64,000 nt of DNA from Candidatus Omnitrophota bacterium (GTDB lineage Bacteria > Omnitrophota > Gorgyraeia > Zapsychrales > Fredricksoniimonadaceae), in contig JBGAJA010000001.1 of NCBI GenBank assembly GCA_044225175.1, positions 70,994-134,993 of the forward strand, in the 5' to 3' direction. Both the position numbers and the translations under genes were made by a program. Position 1 is the first letter of the stretch; every line of letters starts with the position of its first letter. A model generated the notes under the pieces. It was not told where the DNA came from. It made no database searches and saw nothing but the letters and a program-made list of their open reading frames with translations. This document shows positions 58,035 through 64,000 of the stretch, in pieces.

Positions 58035-59240
58035 TTAGAAGTTTCTTTCAATTTTTCCTGTGATCTTGGCCCCTTGAGTATTGATTTTACCTGCCGCACG
58101 ACCAAAACACATACCCATAGCTTCATAAATAGCTACTTGGCTTACGTCGACAAATCTCTGTTGGATAGCTTCTTTAGTATCCATATAACGAATTTGACCG
58201 CCGCTAATTCCAGCTACAGTCACGCCTGAAATGCCTTGATTAAGAAGGATAAAAGCTCCTGCGCCAACTTCTTTTCCGAAATTAACGTCATAAGCACTCG
58301 AATGTCCGCAGCGGACTAAGTGACCTGGGGTGACAGCACGAACTTCTGGGATTTCATTAATTCCTTTAACGTACATATTGGCTTTTTTCATTAGCTCAAT
58401 GATTTCAGGGTCGGCCTTCAGACGTTTGGTTAATTGCTGAGAGACGTATGTTCCAGCACCAGCTAAGCGTTTATGGCCGAAGGCATCCACGGGTGAGTTT
58501 TCATCAACGATATCAGATCCACTGGCATCTTTAATGCCTTCTGCAACGACAATCATGTAGGTCCCCGCATGAACATCGCTGTCTTTGATGCGCTTAAAAT
58601 AGCGTTGTTTCATGTGTTGATAAAGAATATCAAAATCACAGGCAATTTCAGGGATGATGATGGCATCAATGTCAGCAGCGACGCCGCCGCGAAAGGCGGT
58701 GTGTCCCGCATAGCGGCCGAATACTTCCATGACTAAGATACGATTATGGGTTGCGGCCGTTGTTTTTAAGTCTTCAAGAAATGTGGCAATACGATTGATC
58801 GTAGAGTCAGCACCTACGGAATAGGTTTGAAGGTCAAGATCCATAGTTTTGGGAGCATGAACGCAGGGGATACCATGTTCAGTTAAGTCGACAAGCACAC
58901 TTCCAGAATCATCACCACCGGAAATAATGAGGCCTTCAAGCTTGAATTTCTCCATGCCTTTTTTAATACGATCATATTTATTAGGATCTTCGATTTTTTT
59001 AATTTTAACTCTGGAATGGCCAGCCTCAGAACCTGCGAGGTTGGTATTGATTTTATCTAAGCGAGCTTCGGTTAATTCAGTCAATGTATCGAAATCAAGG
59101 AGGTTATAAAGACCAGCATAACCATTAGGGATGATAAAGCAGGAAACACCATGAGCGCGCGCCATAGAAGCGGCACCCTTAATAACACCATTTAAACCTC
59201 CGCAATCACCCCCGGAAGTAATAATACCAACACGTTTCAT
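58035..59240 (-). CDS. 6-phosphofructokinase, probably pyrophosphate-dependent (GGDD variant)
   Basis: MKRVGIITSGGDCGGLNGVI; IISGGDDSGS (Asp in place of the second Gly of GGDG, as in PPi-PFKs); MGR substrate motif region. Confidence 0.8.
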   Translation of the reverse strand: MKRVGIITSGGDCGGLNGVIKGAASMARAHGVSCFIIPNGYAGLYNLLDFDTLTELTEARLDKINTNLAGSEAGHSRVKIKKIEDPNKYDRIKKGMEKFKLEGLIISGGDDSGSVLVDLTEHGIPCVHAPKTMDLDLQTYSVGADSTINRIATFLEDLKTTAATHNRILVMEVFGRYAGHTAFRGGVAADIDAIIIPEIACDFDILYQHMKQRYFKRIKDSDVHAGTYMIVVAEGIKDASGSDIVDENSPVDAFGHKRLAGAGTYVSQQLTKRLKADPEIIELMKKANMYVKGINEIPEVRAVTPGHLVRCGHSSAYDVNFGKEVGAGAFILLNQGISGVTVAGISGGQIRYMDTKEAIQQRFVDVSQVAIYEAMGMCFGRAAGKINTQGAKITGKIERNF

Positions 59241-59322
59241 ATGAATAACTCCTTCTACAAATAAGGTTAGGTTGTTAATGAAGGCAATAAGGTAGCATAA
59301 AAGAATGAGTAAATCAATGGAG

Positions 59323-60987
59323 TTAAGACTTTTGAGCCGTGGCTAGCATATCCTGGGCATGTTCCAATGAAATACGGGTAGCATTATGGCCAGACATCAT
59401 TTGGGCGATTTCTTCCACGCGTGCTTTATCATCTAGAAGCTTAATTTCTGTCATGGCTCGGCCTGCTTTTAGAGATTTGGTAACTTTAAGGTGTTGATTG
59501 GCAAAAGAAGCAATTTGGGGGAGATGGGTGATTAGAATGACTTGGCGATGACGCGCCAATTGGGTTAATTTTTTGCCTGTTATAGTCCCTAGACGTCCAC
59601 CAATTTGAGCATCAATCTCATCAAAGATGAGTACTGGGATAGGATCAACCTTAATTAAAGCTTTTTTCAAAGCCAGCATGACCCGCGCTGCTTCTCCTGA
59701 AGAAACAATTTGAGCCAAAGGTTTTAATTCTTCTCCGGCATTTGGACTAATATAAAAGACCACATGATCAGTACCATTTGGACTAAAAGAGATCTTTTCA
59801 AAGCGAACTTCAAATCGCACATGATTAATTCCAAGATCTTTAAGCTCTTTTTCAATTGTTGCATTTAGCTCTTCCGCAGCTGTTTGGCGGGCTTTGCTCA
59901 TTTTATTGGCAATTTTGGTTAATTCTTTTTCTTTTTCACCAATACTTTGACGAATCTGGCTGTCATTGTGTTCAAAGTTCTTGATGAGCTCTAGTTTTTC
60001 TTTGCTTTCTTGATAGAAGCTGTTCGCCTCAGACAAAGAGGGACCATATTTGCGTTTGATGTCTTGATATTGATCGTAAATTTTATTGGTTTCTTCTGCT
60101 TGGTTCTCATCAAAGCTAAGGCTGTCAGCATAATTGGTCAACTCACCAATCAAGTCATTGGTTTGTTCTTGAATGGATGTTAATTGATCAAAAAGGGGAG
60201 AAGTCTTTTCGTCGATGTGATTTAGATTCTTCAACGGAGAAAAAGCTTTGCGTATTTGCTGATGAACTCCTGAATCCTCATCTTCTAAAATGCCAAGTAG
60301 GTTTTGAATATGCTCATGCAATTTCTGGGCATTGTTGATTTTGACAATTTCTTGGGAGACCTGTTCATATTTCTCTTCATTTAAAGGAACAGATTCTAAT
60401 TCTTTAACTTGATGAGTCAATAAATCTAGATCTCTTTGACGAGTTTGTGTCAGATTGTTCAAAGTTTGAAGCTTATTTTGGAGGTCTGTGTAATCTTTAT
60501 AGATATTGGAGTAATCATTTTTTAAAGATTTGAAGTCTACTAACTTATCAAGCATTTTAAGGTGTTCATTCTCTGATAACAGCATCTGATGATCGTGAGC
60601 GCCATGAAAATCAATGAGATGATTGCCAATACTTCTAAGCTGTGCAACAGTGACATTAAAGCCATTAATTTTAATCTTATTTTTTCCATCGGCAGATATC
60701 GAGCGTTGGATAATTAATTGTGTCTCATCTGCTTGAAGAAGGTCCACAAAGATTTCATTGGAACGAAGGGTCTGATCAAGTTCAAAAACTGCCTCAATGA
60801 TACAGGGATTCTTAGGGTCTCTAATAGAAGAGGAGTCAATCCGTTCTCCCAGTACCGAACGCAGAGCATCAATCAAGATGGATTTCCCAGCACCTGTTTC
60901 CCCGGTAAAGATATTTAGTTTTTGATCAAATTCAATAGATAGGGATTCAATGAGGGCAAAATTTTTGATTGTTAATTGAATCAACAT
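59323..60987 (-). CDS. recN: DNA repair protein RecN
   Basis: MLIQLTIKNFALIESLSIEFDQKLNIFTGETGAGKSILIDAL Walker A; long coiled coil; C-terminal signature/Walker B (LIFDEIDAQIGG). The ORF extends to 61029; the likely start is 60987. Confidence 0.85.
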   Translation of the reverse strand: MLIQLTIKNFALIESLSIEFDQKLNIFTGETGAGKSILIDALRSVLGERIDSSSIRDPKNPCIIEAVFELDQTLRSNEIFVDLLQADETQLIIQRSISADGKNKIKINGFNVTVAQLRSIGNHLIDFHGAHDHQMLLSENEHLKMLDKLVDFKSLKNDYSNIYKDYTDLQNKLQTLNNLTQTRQRDLDLLTHQVKELESVPLNEEKYEQVSQEIVKINNAQKLHEHIQNLLGILEDEDSGVHQQIRKAFSPLKNLNHIDEKTSPLFDQLTSIQEQTNDLIGELTNYADSLSFDENQAEETNKIYDQYQDIKRKYGPSLSEANSFYQESKEKLELIKNFEHNDSQIRQSIGEKEKELTKIANKMSKARQTAAEELNATIEKELKDLGINHVRFEVRFEKISFSPNGTDHVVFYISPNAGEELKPLAQIVSSGEAARVMLALKKALIKVDPIPVLIFDEIDAQIGGRLGTITGKKLTQLARHRQVILITHLPQIASFANQHLKVTKSLKAGRAMTEIKLLDDKARVEEIAQMMSGHNATRISLEHAQDMLATAQKS

Positions 60988-61149
60988 AGCTGCAATACTA
61001 ACAAAGAAAAAGATATTTGAGAAGGCCAAATTGTTTCAGACTTATCATGCGGCACAAAAGATTAGTGCGCACATAGGCATAGTACTACGTAAGAGAAAGG
61101 GTATTTAATATTTTGACTTGTGAGGGAAAATATGTAAGATTTTAAACAA

Positions 61150-62205
61150 ATGCCATTAAGTCCTAAGAATATTTCTCAAGATCCACAAAAAGAGTTAGCT
61201 GATATCAAGCATGCCCTTGATGCCTCCTCCATTGTTGCCATTACTGATCAAACCGGTAAAATTATTTACATAAATGATACATTTTGCCAAATTTCTAAAT
61301 ATTCTCGAGAAGAGCTTTTAGGTAAAGATCATCGGATCATTAATTCTGGTTACCACCCCAAAGAGTTTTTCCGTGACTTGTGGCGTACCATTGCCCAGGG
61401 TAAAGTCTGGAAAGGGGAAGTCCGTAATCGTGCTAAAGACGGTACCTATTATTGGGTGGATACGACGATTGTGCCTTTTCTCAATGCAAAGGGTAAGCCC
61501 TATCAGTATGTCGCTATCCGCAATGAAATTACACAAAAGAAACAGATGGAAGATCAAATAAGAGCTCTTCCGCAGAAGATTATCCAAGCCCAAGAACAGG
61601 AATGTAATCGCATTGCCCGTGATCTTCATGATGATTTGGGACAATCTCTGGCTACGTTAAAGATGATGGTACAATCCGCGTGGCTGGTTGAAAGCCAAGG
61701 AAATAAAATCAAGAAACTCAGTGCAGACCAGCAAAGAATTATGGGTTATTTGAATACGATCATAGAGAAATCGCGCAGTCTGGCTATGCGTTTACGTCCA
61801 TCTACCTTGGATGTATTGGGACTAACATCAGCCTTGGAGGCCATGTTAAAAGAAATTAATTCAAATAATAGGGTAAAGATAAGTTTTCGACACCCGGGGC
61901 TTGATGATCTTCGTTTTAAGGCTGAACCAATTAATTTATTTCGCATCATTCAAGAGGCCATGAGTAATATCTTTAAGCATGCTCACGCCACCCGTGTTCA
62001 AATCAAAATAACAAAATCCAAGGGCTTGCTTAAAATTTCTATCCACGATAATGGTCGAGGCTTTGTTTTTACCGGATCTTCAGGTTTGGGGTTAACAACC
62101 ATGCAAGAGCGCGCCAAGCTGCTCGGTGGAACCATTGGAATTCAATCGCAACCTAAAAACGGGACGACACTGCTAGTAGAAATTCCTGTTAATGAGGGGA
62201 TATAA
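61150..62205 (+). CDS. PAS-domain sensor histidine kinase (HisKA_3 / NarX-DegS type)
   Basis: PAS fold (…ITDQTGKIIYINDTFCQISKYSREELLGKDHRIINS…); H-box ERNRIARDLHDDLGQSL; HATPase N/G boxes (IHDNGRGF…GLGLTTMQERAKLLGGTI). Confidence 0.8.
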   Translation: MPLSPKNISQDPQKELADIKHALDASSIVAITDQTGKIIYINDTFCQISKYSREELLGKDHRIINSGYHPKEFFRDLWRTIAQGKVWKGEVRNRAKDGTYYWVDTTIVPFLNAKGKPYQYVAIRNEITQKKQMEDQIRALPQKIIQAQEQECNRIARDLHDDLGQSLATLKMMVQSAWLVESQGNKIKKLSADQQRIMGYLNTIIEKSRSLAMRLRPSTLDVLGLTSALEAMLKEINSNNRVKISFRHPGLDDLRFKAEPINLFRIIQEAMSNIFKHAHATRVQIKITKSKGLLKISIHDNGRGFVFTGSSGLGLTTMQERAKLLGGTIGIQSQPKNGTTLLVEIPVNEGI

Positions 62206-62206
62206 G

Positions 62207-62848
62207 ATGATTAAAATTATTTTGGCTGATGATCATGAAATGCTTCGCGCCGGCCTTAAAGGGCTTTTGGAAAAAGAGTCTGATTTTAAGGTTGTGGCTC
62301 AAGCCAAAGATGGCGAGGATTTATTAGAGAAACTGGCTTCAACTAAAACGGATTGTGTAGTTATGGATCTTTCCATGCCCAATATGGATGGACTAGCCAC
62401 ACTTAAAGAGATTCGTAAAAAATTTCCTAAAATGAAAGTTTTGGTTTTAACCATGCAAAAAGATGCTGAACATTTTAAGCATGCGATGGCCAATGGCGCT
62501 TGTGGATATATTCTCAAAGACGGTGCTTTTGATCAATTGGTAATGGCCATCAAAATCATTATGAAAGGAAAGAATTTTATTTCGCCTGATATATCTAATT
62601 TAATTGCCGAACAATATGTTCGTTCGATAGATCAAGAAGCTGATATTCCTTCGTTAGAAATTCTGACTTCAAGAGAAAGAGAAATCTTACAGCGCATTGC
62701 CGAAGGTAAGGCAAACAAAAATATCGCTGCTGCACTCAAAATTAGTATCCGCACCGTCGAAACTCACCGCAGTCATCTCATCCAAAAACTGGGGCTTAAG
62801 ACGCCGGCCAGTTTAGTGAAGTACGCACTTTCGAAAGGTTTGATTTAA
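62207..62848 (+). CDS. LuxR/NarL-family response regulator
   Basis: Receiver IILADDHEMLRAGL…VVMDLSMPNMDG; C-terminal HTH LTSREREILQRIAEGKANKNIAAALKISIRTVETHRSHLIQKLGL. The ORF opens at 62192. Confidence 0.85.
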   Translation: MIKIILADDHEMLRAGLKGLLEKESDFKVVAQAKDGEDLLEKLASTKTDCVVMDLSMPNMDGLATLKEIRKKFPKMKVLVLTMQKDAEHFKHAMANGACGYILKDGAFDQLVMAIKIIMKGKNFISPDISNLIAEQYVRSIDQEADIPSLEILTSREREILQRIAEGKANKNIAAALKISIRTVETHRSHLIQKLGLKTPASLVKYALSKGLI

Positions 62849-62997
62849 AGTTTCTGCCCATTACCTTCGTAAATACAATCTTTATAAAACTGCGTAGTAC
62901 TACTTATTTTTCTACGTATATCCCCTAATTATTATTTCAAAATTTCCCGTTATCATAAGTGCTTACCAATTTTGTTAGATAAGCTGCAATGAATTAG

Positions 62998-63531
62998 GTG
63001 GATTTAATGAATGCCTCTATTATTGAAATCAAACTACATAGCCTAGATCAATTATTTAATTCCATGGATCCCTCCCCGTTTCATGAGAGGGATCTTGACC
63101 ATGATGCGGAAGAATTTATTGTAAGCTGGGCCCAGGAATATGCTTTAAAAACGCCGTTGATTCTCAGGGTGAGACTGGACAAGTTGTCTGATGGGGATAA
63201 TGTGGATATGGTTAGTCAGGCTATTCATAATTATTTTATTTACCGGACTGATATTTATAGAAGAGAATTTAAGTATCTTATGAAGCAGGCGAGGATTTAT
63301 TTATTGATTGGATTGATGTTTCTTGGGGTATGTTTCTTAGCTGGACACATGATCATGACCTACAACGCCAATATGTGGGGCGGTTTGTTAAGAGAGAGCC
63401 TTATGATTGTTGGGTGGGTGGCTATGTGGCGTCCGATACAGCTTTATTTCTATGAATGGTGGCCGGTTAAGCAGAAGATCAATATTTATAAAAAATTAAG
63501 TGAAATAAGAGTTGAAGTTGTGCAAAGCTGA
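62998..63531 (+). CDS. Hypothetical membrane protein
   Basis: 177 aa with two predicted TM helices (YLLIGLMFLGVCFLAGHMIM, IVGWVAMW); no domain recognised. Confidence 0.5.
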   Translation: MDLMNASIIEIKLHSLDQLFNSMDPSPFHERDLDHDAEEFIVSWAQEYALKTPLILRVRLDKLSDGDNVDMVSQAIHNYFIYRTDIYRREFKYLMKQARIYLLIGLMFLGVCFLAGHMIMTYNANMWGGLLRESLMIVGWVAMWRPIQLYFYEWWPVKQKINIYKKLSEIRVEVVQS

Positions 63532-63610
63532 TAGTTTTACGTATTACCACGTAGTTTCCTGCGTATTTTAGCCAATTTTCATTTAATGCATCCACATTTA
63601 TAATTATTTC

Positions 63611-64000
63611 ATGATGTTTAAATCTCACGAATCCCACAATCAGCCTGGCCTTATTATGATTCAGATTGATGGTTTCTCTAAAATAGAATTAGAGAAAGCC
63701 CTTGAACGTAATGAAATGCCTTTTCTTAAAAGTCTGATTAAAAATGAAAAATACCGTCTACATGCTCTCTATACTGGATTGCCCTCAACCACGCCGGCGG
63801 TCCAGGGAGAGTTGTTTTATGGTGTCAAACAGTGTGTGCCATCGTTTTTCTTTTATGATAAACCATCAAAAAAGGTCTTTCGTATGTTTGATGGTGATTC
63901 GGTCAGAACCATTGAACAGCAGATAGAAAAGCAAGGGGAGGGTCTTTTAGAAGGAGGGAGTTCTTATTCCAATATCTATAGCGGTGGAGCTAAGGAAACA
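63611..64000 (+). CDS. Alkaline-phosphatase-superfamily (NPP/metalloenzyme-like) protein, N-terminal part (3' truncated by window edge)
   Basis: LIMIQIDGFS … YTGLPSTTPAVQGELFYG resembles the metal-binding Asp and nucleophile Ser/Thr region of the AP superfamily. Confidence 0.45.
   Translation, partial: MMFKSHESHNQPGLIMIQIDGFSKIELEKALERNEMPFLKSLIKNEKYRLHALYTGLPSTTPAVQGELFYGVKQCVPSFFFYDKPSKKVFRMFDGDSVRTIEQQIEKQGEGLLEGGSSYSNIYSGGAKET

Overview
This 64 kb window is gene-dense bacterial chromosome of low GC (roughly 38-40% by eye). I call about 56 protein-coding genes, almost all on the + strand. I found no rRNA or tRNA genes, no CRISPR array and no transposase or integrase. Most genes are housekeeping: trpB/trpA, thiC, inorganic pyrophosphatase, an AddAB-like helicase-nuclease pair, ssb, yggS-proC, mtnP, ileS-dksA-lspA-lgt-rluD, aroA, mreBC, an ABC exporter, yceI, cdaA, pdxJ-acpS-nnr, a PPi-type phosphofructokinase, recN, and a PAS histidine kinase with a LuxR-type response regulator. 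Several features fit a Chlamydiae/PVC-like or other low-GC diderm lineage, but this placement is not certain. These are the dksA-lspA adjacency, MreB with an N-terminal extension, a GGDD-type PFK, trpBA without other trp genes, and cdaA followed by a ybbR remnant. Three elements stand out. The first is an 8 kb ORF (22381-30381) for a signal-peptide-bearing giant protein of about 2,670 aa. Its C-terminal ~650 aa form a PPDK-type ATP-grasp plus phosphohistidine-swivel phosphotransfer cassette with no third catalytic domain. Upstream of that cassette lies about 2,000 aa of unassignable sequence. The second is a 70-90 bp palindromic mini-element with GTGTCATTGCGAG termini, present in three copies, one of them inserted in frame inside the giant gene. 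The third is a 499-aa fusion of DUF4062, a Schlafen/AlbA_2-like region and HATPase_c_4 with a wHTH tail, lying beside a DUF2079 plus methyltransferase-GT2 module. Smaller oddities include a MORN-repeat gene splitting trpB from trpA, a 29-codon ybbR remnant after cdaA, a PilZ / Zn-ribbon / PilZ trio, and several perfect palindromes. Everything was called by eye from the sequence and the supplied ORF track. No database searches were run.
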